Source: Balanoglossus misakiensis (Eukaryota; Animalia; Hemichordata). From it: a stretch of DNA of 64,000 nt. Positions 12,725 through 26,511 of this stretch are shown here, piece after piece. Where the stretch lies: assembly GCA_040954595.2 (NCBI GenBank), contig CM082587.2, positions 10,297,403 to 10,361,402 of the forward strand, given 5' to 3'. The notes beneath the pieces were generated by a model. The model had not been told where the DNA came from. It saw nothing but the letters and a program-made list of their open reading frames with translations, and ran no database searches. Made by a program: the position numbers and the translations under genes. Numbering within the stretch: the stretch's first letter is position 1; every line of letters begins with the position of its first letter.

Positions 12725-13831
12725 GAATTTTTCCTTTTTCTTAACTTTTGCATTAAACAGTCTTCCTTTTTGTCGTCGTAAACGTCCATTTTTAATTATT
12801 GTTTTTTCTCCAAATTCTTTAATTCCATGATCATATATTTTTGTTGAACATAACTTCATAAACCGTTCTCTCCTGTATAGGTCTAAGCTATAGGCGCTCG
12901 ATGGACAACATACAAATTACCAGGTCGGGCTCGGAGTGAGTAGTGTCCAGCTTACGTTGAGTTCATTGTCGCAGAAATTCAAGCAGTCTTCATTACATTG
13001 TTTTTAAACTTTCCTATTAGGCCTAAATAGTCTATTTATTATTTGTCGTCATATACATCAACTTCTTTCTTTCTTTAAATTCATGATTTCTATAACTACC
13101 TCAATTCCACGATCATTCAAGTTTTTTTTTGCAGAACATAGCTAGACAAAACCGTTCGCTCTCGTGCTGTTTGCGTGTGTTAGTACTAGGCTAAAGCTTC
13201 GTTTGGGTAAATAGTCGCAGAAACTCCAGCGGCTTTCAATTTTTGGTTTTTAAGTCCAATTTGGTGTATGATGTTAATATACCATTGGGACCTTATGGTG
13301 TCGGTTACATCTGTATGTCATAAACGTCATTTAAAAAAAAAATTCATCTTTCAAGTGTTTTGCATAACATGCCAAGACAAACCCGTTCCCTCCAATATAA
13401 GATAGGGACGGTAATTAATTGCAATAGGGGCCTAATAAACAGAGGATGGTCTAAAAGATATCGTTGGTGGTGCTATCCCGGACAGCCAGGGTCACGATGG
13501 GGTCACGTACGTCTATGATACCGCAAACAAGTCAACTCCACGCTAAATTCAACCTGTCCGCCGGACTGGTAACTTTTTTACTATCAGTCTGATGGAAAAA
13601 CAACCAGTCTCGGACTGTCGGACAGGCGTTATTTCGAATAGTGTGTCTTGCATAACATACCAATATAGGCCTTAGATAGGGACGGTCGATCGGCCACACA
13701 AATTATCAGGTCATTATTTCTCCACTTTAATATGGTCACTTTTTGTAGGATATAACAAGACAAAACCGCTCTCTCCCATATAAATTATAAGATAGGGTTC
13801 GGTCAATCAGCTGGCCACGCACACAATTATC

Positions 13832-13881
13832 GTTAGTACTTGGATGGGTGACCGCCTGGGAATACCACGTGCCGTAGGCTT
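13832..13881 (+). pseudogene. 5'-truncated 5S (nt 71-120)
   Basis: Same deletion junction as 1526. Confidence 0.93.
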
Positions 13882-14991
13882 GAATTTTTCCTTTTTCTTA
13901 ACTTTTGCATTAAACAGTCTTCCTTTTTGTCGTCGTAAACGTCCATTTTTAATTATATTTTTTTTCTCCAAATTCTTTAATTCCATGATCATATATTTTT
14001 GTTGAACATAACTTCATAAACCGTTCTCTCCTGTATAGGTCTAAGCTATAGGCGCTCGATGGACAACATACAAATTACCAGGTCGGGCTCGGAGTGAGTA
14101 GTGTCCAGCTTACGTTGAGTTCATTGTCGCAGAAATTCAAGCAGTCTTCATTACATTGTTTTTAAACTTTCCTATTAGGCCTAAATAGTCTATTTATTAT
14201 CTGTCGTCATATACATCAACTTCTTTCTTTCTTTAAATTCATGATTTCTATAACTACCTCAATTTCACGATCATTCAAGTTTTTTTTTGCAGAACATAGC
14301 AAAACAAAACCGTTCGCTCTCGTGCTGTTTGCGTGTGTTAGTACTAGGTTCAAGCTTCGTTTGGGTAAATAGTCGCAGAAACTCCAGCGGCTTTCAATTT
14401 TTGGTTTTTAAGTCCAATTTGGTGTATGATGTTAATATACCATTGGGACCTTATGGTGTCGGTTACATCTGTATGTCATAAACGTCATTTAAAAAAAAAA
14501 AATTCATCTTTCAAGTGTTTTGCATAACATGCCAAGACAAACCCGTTCCCTCCAATATAAGATAGGGACGGTAATTAATTGCAATAGGGGCCTAATAAAC
14601 AGAGGATGGTCTAAAAGATATCGTTGGTGGTGCTATCCCGGACAGCCAGGGTCACGATGGGGTCACGTACGTCTATGATACCGCAAACAAGTCAACTCCA
14701 CGCTAAATTCAACCTCTCCGCCGGACTGGTAACTTTTTTTACTATCAGTCTGATGGAAAAACAACCAGTCTCGGACTGTCGGACAGGCGTTTTTTCGAAT
14801 AGTTTGTCTTGCATAACATACCAATATAGGCCTTAGATAGGGACGGTCGATCGGCCACACAAATTATCAGGTCATTATTTCTCCACTTTAATATGGTCAC
14901 TTTTTGTAGGATATAACAAGACAAAACCGCTCTCTCCCATATAAATTATAAGATAGGGTCGGTCAATCAGCTGGCCACGCACACAATTATC

Positions 14992-15041
14992 GTTAGTACT
15001 TGGATGGGTGACCGCCTGGGAATACCACGTGCCGTAGGCTT
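14992..15041 (+). pseudogene. 5'-truncated 5S (nt 71-120)
   Basis: Same deletion junction as 1526. Confidence 0.93.
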
Positions 15042-15548
15042 GAATTTTTCCTTTTTCTTAACTTTTGCATTAAACAGTCTTCCTTTTTGTCGTCGTAAAC
15101 GTCCATTTTTAATTATTTTTTTTTGTCCAAATTCTTTAATTCCATGATCATATATTTTTGTTGAACATAACTTCATAAACCGTTCTCTCCTGTATAGGTC
15201 TAAGCTATAGGCGCTCGATGGACAACATACAAATTACCAGGTCGAGCTCGGAGTGAGTAGTGTCCATCTTACGTTGAGTTGAAGACTGCTTGAATTTCTG
15301 CGACAATGAACTCAACGTAAGCTGGACACTACTTACTCCGAGCCCGACCTGGTAATTTGTATGTTGTCCATCGAGCGCCTATAGCTTAGACCTATACAGG
15401 AGAGAACGGTTTATGAAGTTATGTTCAACAAAAATATATGATCATGGAATTAAAGAATTTGGAGAAAAAAAATATAATTAAAAATGGACGTTTACGACGA
15501 CAAAAAGGAAGACTGTTTAATGCAAAAGTTAAGAAAAAGGAAAAATTC

Positions 15549-15598
15549 AAGCCTACGGCACGTGGTATTCCCAGGCGGTCACCCATCCAAGTACTAAC
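15549..15598 (-). pseudogene. 5'-truncated 5S (nt 71-120)
   Basis: Reverse complement of the same truncated form. Confidence 0.93.
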
Positions 15599-16706
15599 GA
15601 TAATTGTGTGCGTGGCCAGCTGATTGACCGACCCTATCTTATAATTTATATGGGAGAGAGCGGTTTTGTCTTGTTATATCCTACAAAAAGTGACCATATT
15701 AAAGTGGAGAAATAATGACCTGATAATTTGTGTGGCCGATCGACCGTCCCTATCTAAGGCCTATATTGGTATGTTATGCAAGACACACTATTCGAAATAA
15801 CGCCTGTCCAACAGTCCGAGACTGGTTGTTTTTCCATCAGACTGATAGTAAAAAAAGTTACCAGTCCGGCGGACAGGTTGAATTTAGCGTGGAGTTGACT
15901 TGTTTGCGGTATCATAGACGTACGTGACCCCATCGTGACCCTGGCTGTCCGGGATAGCACCACCAACGATATCTTTTAGACCACCCTCTGTTTATTAGGC
16001 CCCTATTGCAATTAATTACCGTCCCTATCTTATATTGGAGGGAACGGGTTTGTCTTGGCATGTTATGCAAAACACTTGAAAGATGAATTTTTTTTTTAAA
16101 TGACGTTTATGACATACAGATTTAACCGACCCCATAAGGTCCCAATGGTATATTAACATCATACACCAAATTGGACTTAAAAACTAAAAATTGAAAGCCG
16201 CTGGAGTTTCTGCGACTATTTACCCAAACGAAGCTTTAGCCTAGTACTAACACACGCAAACAGCACGAGAGCGAATGGTTTTGTTTTGCTATGTTCTGCA
16301 AAAAAAAAACTTGAATGATCGTGGAATTGAGGTAGTTATAGAAATCATGAATTTAAAGAAAGAAAGAAGTTGATGTATATGACGACAAATAATAAATAGA
16401 CTATTTAGGCCTAATAGGAAAGTTTAAAAACAATGTAATGAAGACTGCTTGAATTTCTGCGACAATGAACTCAACGTAAGCTGGACACTACTCACTCCGA
16501 GCCCGACCTGGTAATTTGTATGTTGTCCATCGAGCGCCTATAGCTTAGACCTATACAGGAGAGAACGGTTTATGAAGTTATGTTCAACAAAAATATATGA
16601 TCATGGAATTAAAGAATTTGGAGAAAAAACAATAATTAAAAATGGACGTTTACGACGACAAAAAGGAAGACTGTTTAATGCAAAAGTTAAGAAAAAGGAA
16701 AAATTC

Positions 16707-16826
16707 AAGCCTACGGCACATGGTATTACCAGGCGGTCACCCGTCCAAGTACTAACCACGCCCAACGCAGCTTAACTTCGGTGATCGGACGAGAACCGGT
16801 GTATTCGACGTGGTATGGCCGTAGGC
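16707..16826 (-). rRNA. 5S rRNA (T84C, G99T, C107T)
   Basis: 120-nt copy on minus strand. Confidence 0.92.
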
Positions 16827-18015
16827 AAACACTGCTTGAATTTCTACGATTATTAAGCAAACGGAAGCTTCACTAACACATAGGCGTACACACAGAGCAC
16901 GCGGCACGATAATTGTGTGCGTGGCCAGCTGATTGACCGACCCTATCTTATAATTTATATGGGAGAGAGCGGTTTTGTCTTGTTATATCCTACAAAAAGT
17001 GACCATATTAAAGTGGAGAAATAATGACCTGATAATTTGTGTGGCCGATCGACCGTCCCTATCTAAGGCCTATATTGGTATGTTATGCAAGACACACTAT
17101 TCGATATAACGCCTGTCCGACAGTCCGAGACTGGTTGTTTTTCCATCAGACTGATAGTAAAAAAGTTACCAGTCCGGCGGACAGGTTGAATTTAGCGTGG
17201 AGTTGACTTGTTTGCTGTATCATAGACGTACGTGACCCCATCGTGACCCTGGCTGTCCGGGATAGCACCACCAACGATATCTTTTAGACCATCCTCTGTT
17301 TATTAGGCCCCTATTGCAATTAATTACCGTCCCTATCTTATATTGGAGGGAACGGGTTTGTCTTGGCATGTTATGCAAAACACTTGAAAGATGAATTTTT
17401 TTTTTTAAAATGACGTTTATGACATACAGATGTAACCGACCCCATAAGGTCCCAATGGTATATTAACATCATACACCAAATTGGACTTAAAAACCAAAAA
17501 TTGAAAGCCGCTGGAGTTTCTGCGACTATTTACCCAAACGAAGCTTTAGCCTAGTACTAACACACGCAAACAGCACGAGAGCGAACGGTTTTGTTTTGCT
17601 ATGTTCTGCAAAAAAAAACTCGAATGATCGTGGAATTGAGGTAGTTATAGAAATCATGAATTTAAAGAAAGAAAGAAGTTGATGTATATGACGACAAATA
17701 ATAAATAGACTATTTAGGCCTAATAGGAAAAATTAAAAACAATGTAACGAAGACTGCTTGAATTTCTGCGACAATGAACTCAACGTAAGCTGGACACTAC
17801 TCACTCCGAGCCCTACCTGGTAATTTGTATGTTGTCCATCGAGCGCCTATAGCTTAGACCTATACAGGAGAGAACGGTTTATGAAGTTATGTTCAACAAA
17901 AATATATGATCATGGAATTAAAGAATTTGGAGAAAAAACAATAATTAAAAATGGACGTTTACGACGGCAAAAAGGAAGACTGTTTAATGCAAAAGTTAAG
18001 AAAAAGGAAAAATTC

Positions 18016-18134
18016 AAGCCTATGGCCGTGGTATTCCCAGGCGGTCACCCATCCAAGTACTAACCACGCCCAACGCAGCTTAACTTCGGTGATCGGACGA
18101 GAACCGGTGTATTCGACGAGGTATGGCCGTAGGC
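18016..18134 (-). rRNA. 5S rRNA, damaged (A16T, delT109, G113A)
   Basis: 119-nt copy on minus strand. Confidence 0.9.
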
Positions 18135-18319
18135 AAACACTGCTTGAATTTCTACAATTATTAAGCAAACGGAAGCTTCACTAACACATAGGCGTACACA
18201 CAGAGCACGCGGCACGATAATTGTGTGCGTGGCCAGCTGATTGACCGACCTTATCTTATAATTTATATGGGAGAGAGCGGTTTTGTCTTGTTATATCCTA
18301 CAAAAAGTGACCATATTAA

Positions 18320-18823
18320 AGGCACGTAAGCTGCAACTGGATAAAAAATTAAAGTTTTAAATAATCTCATATATGCTTTTAATTATGTCTATTAAATGAT
18401 ATTTCATGATAATATATCTAGCTCAGCACTTATTTATGACAAAATGGCCAAAAATTAAAGAAAAATGAAAATTCCTGCAATTTTTAAAAAAGTGCAATAT
18501 TGCAATGAAAAATGAAAATCTGATGTCTCAGTGGTGTACATTTACTTCCATGAGCTCAAGTGGATGAGATCATGTTTTGTTTATGAAGTTTCACAACCGG
18601 AAATGCAACATTTTCATGGTTTCTTGCATTTTCCCACGGTGGCGGCCATAATCGCTTGCGGCAAAGCTTTATTATTTAACTGGTTAAAACTTGCATATGC
18701 ACTCATATTTAGGGTTTATAATGCTTGTGTATAGTTCACTGCCTTCATCTGCATGGACTAATGGTAGTGCAGTTTGAAACAAAAATTATGAAAATTATCC
18801 CAAAATTTACAGCTTACGTGCCT
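18320..18823. mobile_element. Non-autonomous TIR DNA transposon (Kolobok-like MITE), 504 bp
   Basis: TIR AGGCACGTAAGCTG / CAGCTTACGTGCCT; TTAA TSD at 18316-18319 and 18824-18827; empty site CATATTAAAGTGG in other units; AG..CT ends with TTAA fit Kolobok rather than piggyBac. Confidence 0.9.
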
Positions 18824-19828
18824 TTAAAGTGGAGAAATAATGACCTGATAATTTGTGTGGCCGATCGACCGTCCCTATCTAAGGCCTATATTGGTATGTT
18901 ATGCAAGACACACTATTCGAAATAACGCCTGTCCGACAGTCCGAGACTGGTTGTTTTTCCATCAGACTGATAGTAAAAAAGTTACCAGTCCGGCGGACAG
19001 GTTGAATTTAGCGTGGAGTTGACTTGTTTGCGGTATCATAGACGTACGTGACCCCATCGTGACCCTGGCTGTCCGGGATAGCACCACCAACGATATCTTT
19101 TAGACCATCCTCTGTTTATTAGGCCCCTATTGCAATTAATTACCGTCCCTATCTTATATTGGAGGGAACGGGTTTGTCTTGGCATGTTATGCAAAACACT
19201 TGAAAGATTAATTTTTTTTTTAAATGACGTTTATGACATACAGATGTAACCGACACCATAAGGTCCCAATGGTATATTAACATCATACACCAAATTGGAC
19301 TTAAAAACCAAAAATTGAAAGCCGCTGGAGTTTCTGCGACTATTTACCCAAACGAAGCTTTAGCCTAGTACTAACACACGCAAACAGCACGAGAGCGAAC
19401 GGTTTTGTTGTGCTATGTTCTGCAAAAGAAAACTTGAATGATCGTGGAATTGAGGTAGTTATAGAAATCATGAATTTAAAGAAAGAAAGAAGTTGATGTA
19501 TATGACGACAAATAATAAATAGACTATTTAGGCCTAATAGGAAAGTTTAAAAACAATGTAATAAAGACTGCTTGAATTTCTGCGACAATGAACTCAACGT
19601 AAGCTGGACACTACTCACTCCGAGCCCGACCTGGTAATTTGTATGTTGTCCATCTAGCGCCTATAGCTTAGACATATACAGGAGAGAACGGTTTATGAAG
19701 TTATGTTCAACAAAAATATATGATCATGGAATTAAAGAATTTGGAGAAAAAAAATAATTAAAAATGGACGTTTACGACGACAAAAAGGAAGACTGTTTAA
19801 TGCAAAAGTTAAGAAAAAGGTAAAATTC

Positions 19829-19948
19829 AAGCCTACGGCACGTGGTATTCCCAGGCGGTCACCCATTCAAGTATTAAGCACGCCCAACGCAGCTTAACTT
19901 CGGTGATCGGACGAGAACCGGTGTATTCGACGTGGTATGGCCGTAGGA
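19829..19948 (-). rRNA. 5S rRNA, internal promoter variant (G1T, C71, G75A, G82A)
   Basis: 120-nt copy on minus strand. Confidence 0.9.
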
Positions 19949-21135
19949 AAACACTGCTTGAATTTCTACGATTATTAAGCAAACGGAAGCTTCACTAACA
20001 CATAGGCGTACACACAGAGCACGCGGCACGATAATTGTGTGCGTGGCCAGCTGATTGACCGACCCTATCTTATAATTTATATGGGAGAGAGCGGTTTTGT
20101 CTTGTTATATCCTACAAAAAGTGACCATATTAAAGTGGAGAAATAATGACCTGATAATTTGTGTGGCCGATCGACCGTCCCTATCTAAGGCCTATATTGG
20201 TATGTTATGCAAGACACACTATTCGAAATAACGCCTGTCCGACAGTCCGAGACTGGTTGTTTTTCCATCAGACTGATAGTAAAAAAAGTTACCAGTCCGG
20301 CGGACAGGTTGAATTTAGCGTGGAGTTGACTTGTTTGCGGTATCATAGACGTACGTGACCCCATCGTGACCCTGGCTGTCCGGGATAGCACCACCAACGA
20401 TATCTTTTAGACCATCCTCTGTTTATTAGGCCCCTATTGCAATTAATTACCGTCCCTATCTTATATTGGAGGGAACGGGTTTGTCTTGGCATGTTATGCA
20501 AAACACTTGAAAGATTAATTTTTTTTTTAAATGACGTTTATGACATACAGATGTAACCGACACCATAAGGTCCCAATGGTATATTAACATCATACACCAA
20601 ATTGGACTTAAAAACCAAAAATTGAAAGCCGCTGGAGTTTCTGCGACTATTTACCCAAACGAAGCTTTAGCCTAGTACTAACACACGCAAACAGCACGAG
20701 AGCGAACGGTTTTGTTGTGCTATGTTCTGCAAAAGAAAACTTGAATGATCGTGGAATTGAGGTAGTTATAGAAATCATGAATTTAAAGAAAGAAAGAAGT
20801 TGATGTATATGACGACAAATAATAAATAGACTATTTAGGCCTAATAGGAAAGTTTAAAAACAATGTAATAAAGACTGCTTGAATTTCTGCGACAATGAAC
20901 TCAACGTAAGCTGGACACTACTCACTCCGAGCCCGACCTGGTAATTTGTATGTTGTCCATCTAGCGCCTATAGCTTAGACATATACAGGAGAGAACGGTT
21001 TATGAAGTTATGTTCAACAAAAATATATGATCATGGAATTAAAGAATTTGGAGAAAAAAAATAATTAAAAATGGACGTTTACGACGACAAAAAGGAAGAC
21101 TGTTTAATGCAAAAGTTAAGAAAAAGGTAAAATTC

Positions 21136-21255
21136 AAGCCTACGGCACGTGGTATTCCCAGGCGGTCACCCATTCAAGTATTAAGCACGCCCAACGCAGC
21201 TTAACTTCGGTGATCGGACGAGAACCGGTGTATTCGACGTGGTATGGCCGTAGGA
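21136..21255 (-). rRNA. 5S rRNA, internal promoter variant (G1T, C71, G75A, G82A)
   Basis: 120-nt copy on minus strand. Confidence 0.9.
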
Positions 21256-22447
21256 AAACACTGCTTGAATTTCTATGATTATTAAGCAAACGGAAGCTTC
21301 ACTAACACATAGGCGTACACACAGAGCACGCGGCACGATAATTGTGTGCGTGGCCAGCTGATTGACCGACCCTATCTTATAATTTATATGGGAGAGAGCG
21401 GTTTTGTCTTGTTATATCCTACAAAAAGTGACCATATTAAAGTGGAGAAATAATGACCTGATAATTTGTGTGGCCGATCGACCGTCCCTATCTAAGGCCT
21501 ATATTGGTATGTTATGCAAGACACACTATTCGAAATAATGCCTGTCCGACAGTCCGAGACTGGTTGTTTTTCCATCAGACTGATAGTAAAAAAGTTACCA
21601 GTCCGGCGGACAGGTTGAATTTAGCGTGGAGTTGACTTGTTTGCGGTATCATAGACGTACGTGACCCCATCGTGACCCTGGCTGTCCGGGATAGCACCAC
21701 CAACGATATCTTTTAGACCATCCTCTGTTTATTAGGCCCCTATTGCAATTAATTACCGTCCCTATCTTATATTGGAGGGAACGGGTTTGTCTTGGCATGT
21801 TATGCAAAACACTTGAAAGATGAATTTTTTTTTTAAAAATGACGTTTATGACATACAGATGTAACCGACCCCATAAGGTCCCAATGGTATATTAACATCA
21901 TACAATAAATTGGACTTAAAAACCAAAAATTGAAAGCCGCTGGAGTTTCTGCGACTATTTACCCAAACGAAGCTTTAGCCTAGTACTAACACACGCAAAC
22001 AGCACGAGAGTGAACGGTTTTGTTTTGCTATGTTCTGCAAAAAAAACAAACTTGAATGATCGTGGAATTGAGGTAGTTATAGAAATCATGAATTTAAAGA
22101 AAGAAAGAAGTTGATGTATATGACGACAAATAATAAATAGACTATTTAGGCCTAATAGGAAAGTTTAAAAACAATGTAATAAAGACTGCTTGAATTTCTG
22201 CGACAATGAACTCAACGTAAGCTGGACACTACTCACTCCGAGCCCTACCTGGTAATTTGTATGTTGTCCATCGAGCGCCTATAGCTTAGACCTATACAGG
22301 AGAGAACGGTTTATGAAGTTATGTTCAACAAAAATATATGATCATGGAATTAAAGAATTTGGAGAAAAAAAAATAATTAAAAATGGACGTTTACGACGAC
22401 AAAAAGGAAGACTGTTTAATGCAAAAGTTAAGAAAAAGGTAAAATTC

Positions 22448-22567
22448 AAGCCTACGGCACGTGGTATTCCCAGGCGGTCACCCATTCAAGTATTAAGCAC
22501 GCCCAACGCAGCTTAACTTCGGTGATCGGACGAGAACCGGTGTATTCGACGTGGTATGGCCGTAGGC
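22448..22567 (-). rRNA. 5S rRNA (C71, G75A, G82A)
   Basis: 120-nt copy on minus strand. Confidence 0.91.
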
Positions 22568-23762
22568 AAACACTGCTTGAATTTCTACGATTATTAAGCA
22601 AACGGAAGCTTCACTAACACATAGGCGTACACACAGAGCACGCGGCACGATAATTGTGTGCGTGGCCAGCTGATTGACCGACCCTATCTTATAATTTATA
22701 TGGGAGAGAGCGGTTTTGTCTTGTTATATCCTACAAAAAGTGACCATATTAAAGTGGAGAAATAATGACCTGATAATTTGTGTGGCCGATCGACCGTCCC
22801 TATCTAAGGCCTATATTGGTATGTTATGCAAGACACACTATTCGAAATAACGCCTGTCCGACAGTCCGAGACTGGTTGTTTTTCCATCAGACTGATAGTA
22901 AAAAAGTTACCAGTCCGGCGGACAGGTTGAATTTAGCGTGGAGTTGACTTGTTTGCGGTATCATAGACGTACGTGACCCCATCGTGACCCTGGCTGTCCG
23001 GGATAGCACCACCAACGATATCTTTTAGACCATCCTCTGTTTATTAGGCCCCTATTACAATTAATTACCGTCCCTATCTTATATTGGAGGGAACGGGTTT
23101 GTCTTGGCATGTTATGCAAAACACTTGAAAGATGAATTTTTTTTAAAAAAATGACGTTTATGACATCCAGATGTAACCGACCCCATAAGGTCCCAATGGT
23201 ATATTAACATCATACAATAAATTGGACTTAAAAACCAAAAATTGAAAGCCGCTGGAGTTTCTGCGACTATTTACCCAAACGAAGCTTTAGCCTAGTACTA
23301 ACACACGCAAACAGCACGAGAGCGAACGGTTTTGTTTTGCTATGTTCTGCAAAAAAAAAAAAACTGGAATGATCGTGGAATTGAGGAAGTTATAGAAATC
23401 ATGAATTTAAAGAAAGAAAGAAGTTGATGTATATGACGACAAATAATAAATAGACTATTTAGGCCTAATAGGAAAGTTTAAAAACAATGTAATAAAGACT
23501 GCTTGAATTTCTGCGACAATGAACTCAACGTAAGCTGGACACTACTCACTCCGAGCCCGACCTGGTAATTTGTATGTTGTCCATCGAGCGCCTATAGCTT
23601 AGACCTATACAGGAGAGAACGGTTTATGAAGTTATGTTCAACAAAAATATAAGACCATGGAATTAAAGAATTTGGAGAAAAAAATATATAATTAAAAATG
23701 GACGTTTACGACGACAAAAAGGAAGACTGTTTAATGCAAAAGTTAAGAAAAAGGAAAAATTC

Positions 23763-23882
23763 AAGCCTACGGCACGTGGTATTCCCAGGCGGTCACCCAT
23801 TCAAGTATTAAGCACGCCCAACGCAGCTTAACTTCGGTGATCGGACGAGAACCGGTGTATTCGACGTGGTATGGCCGTAGGC
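23763..23882 (-). rRNA. 5S rRNA (C71, G75A, G82A)
   Basis: 120-nt copy on minus strand. Confidence 0.91.
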
Positions 23883-25075
23883 AAACACTGCTTGAATTTC
23901 TACGATTATTAAGCAAACGGAAGCTTCACTAACACATAGGCGTACACACAGAGCACGCGGCACGATAATTGTGTGCGTGGCCAGCTGATTGACCGACCCT
24001 ATCTTATAATTTATATGGGAGAGAGCGGTTTTGTCTTGTTATATCCTACAAAAAGTGACCATATTAAAGTGGAGAAATAATGACCTGATAATTTGTGTGG
24101 CCGATCGACCGTCCCTATCTAAGGCCTATATTGCTATGTTATGCAAGACACACTATTCGAAATAACGCCTGTCCGACAGTCCGAGACTGGTTGTTTTTCC
24201 ATCAGACTGATAGTAAAAAAGTTACCAGTCCGGCGGACAGGTTGAATTTAGCGTGGAGTTGACTTGTTTGCGGTATCATAGACGTACGTGACCCCATCGT
24301 GACCCTGGCTGTCCGGGATAGCACCACCAACGATATCTTTTAGACCATCCTCTGTTTATTAGGCCCCTATTGCAATTAATTACCGTCCCTATCTTATATT
24401 GGAGGGAACGGGTTTGTCTTGGCATGTTATGCAAAACACTTGAAAGATGAATTTTTTTTTAAAAAATGACGTTTATGACATCCAGATGTAACCGACCCCA
24501 TAAGGTCCCAATGGTATATTAACATCATACACCAAATTGGACTTAAAAACCAAAAATTGAAAGCCGCTGGAGTTTCTGCGACTATTTACCCAAACGAAGC
24601 TTTAGCCTAGTACTAACACACGCAAACAGCACGAGAGCGAACGGTTTTGTTTTGCTATGTTCTGCAAAAAAAACAAACTTAAATGATCGTGGAATTGAGG
24701 TAGTTATAGAAATCATGAATTTAAAGAAAGAAAGAAGTTGATGTATATGACGACAAATAATAAATAGACTATTTAGGCCTAATAGGAAAGTTTAAAAACA
24801 ATGTAATGAAGACTGCTTGAATTTCTGCGACAATGAACTCAACGTAACCTGGACACTACTCACTCCGAGCCCGACCTGGTAATTTGTATGTTGTCCATCG
24901 AGCGCCTATAGCTTAGACCTATACAGGAGAGAACGGTTTATGAACTTATGTTCAACAAAAATATATGACCATGGAATTAAAGAATTTGGTGAAAAAAAAT
25001 ATAAATAAAAATGGACGTTTACGACGACAAAAAGGAAGACTGTTTAATGCAAAAGTTAAGAAAATGGAAAAATTC

Positions 25076-25195
25076 AAGCCTACGGCACGTGGTATTCCCA
25101 GGCGGTCACCCATCCAAGTACTAAGCACGCCCAACGCAGCTTAACTTCGGTGATCGGACGAGAACCGGTGTATTCGACGTGGTATGGCCGTAGGC
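25076..25195 (-). rRNA. 5S rRNA (C71)
   Basis: 120-nt copy on minus strand. Confidence 0.95.
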
Positions 25196-26391
25196 AAACA
25201 CTGCTTGAATTTCTACAATTATTAAGCAAACGGAAGCTTCACTAACACATAGGCGTACACACAGAGCACGCGGCACGATAATTGTGTGCGTGGCCAGCTG
25301 ATTGACCGACCCTATCTTATAATTTATATGGGAGAGAGCGGTTTTGTCTTGTTATATCCTACAAAAAGTGACCATATTAAAGTGGAGAAATAATTAATGA
25401 CCTGATAATTTGTGTGGCCGATCGACCGTCCCTATCTAAGGCCTATATTGGTATGTTATGCAAGACACACTATTCGATATAACGCCTGTCCGACAGTCCG
25501 AGACTGGTTGTTTTTCCATCAGACTGATACTAAAAAAAAGTTACCAGTCCGGCGGACAGGTTGAATTTAGCGTGGAGTTGACTTGTTTGCGGTATCATAG
25601 ACGTACGTGACCCCATCGTGACCCTGGCTGTCCGGGATAGCACCACCAACGATATCTTTTAGACCATCCTCTGTTTATTAGGCCCCTATTGCAATTAATT
25701 ACCGTCCCTATCTTATATTGGAGGGAACGGGTTTGTCTTGGCATGTTATGCAAAACACTTGAAAGATGATTTTTTTTTTTTAAATGACGTTTATGACATA
25801 CAGATTTAACCGACCCCATAAGGTCCCTATGGTATATTAACATCATACACCAAATTGGACTTAAAAACCAAAAATTGAAAGCCGCTGGAGTTTCTGCGAC
25901 TATTTACCCAAACGAAGCTTTAGCCTAGTACTAACACACGCAAACAGCACGAGAGCGAACGGTTTTGTTTTGCTATGTTCTGCAAAAAAAACAAACTTGA
26001 ATGATCGTGGAATTGAGGTAGTTATAGAAATCATGAATTTAAAGAAAGAAAGAAGTTGATGTATATGACGACAAATAATAAATAGACTATTTAGGCCTAA
26101 TAGGAAAGTTTAAAAACAATGTAATGAAGACTGCTTGAATTTCTGCGACAATGAACTCAACGTAAGATGGACACTACTCACTCCGAGCCCGACCTGGTAA
26201 TTTGTATGTTGTCCATCGAGCGCCTATAGCTTAGACCTATACAGGAGAGAACGGTTTATGAATTTATGTTCAACAAACATATATGATCATGGAATTAAAG
26301 AATTTGGAGAAAAAAAATAATTAATAATGGACGTTTACGACGACAAAAAGGAAGACTGTTTAATGCAAAAGTTAAGAAAAAGGAAAAATTC

Positions 26392-26511
26392 AAGCCTACG
26401 GCACGTGGTATTCCCAGGCGGTCACCCATCCAAGTACTAAGCACGCCCAACGCAGCTTAACTTCGGTGATCGGACGAGAACCGGTGTATTCGACGTGGTA
26501 TGGCCGTAGGC
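26392..26511 (-). rRNA. 5S rRNA (C71)
   Basis: 120-nt copy on minus strand. Confidence 0.95.

Noticed and set aside
25388-25398. 4-bp TAAT duplication as a transposon footprint
   Set aside because: Not at the TTAA used by the MITE; slippage is simpler.
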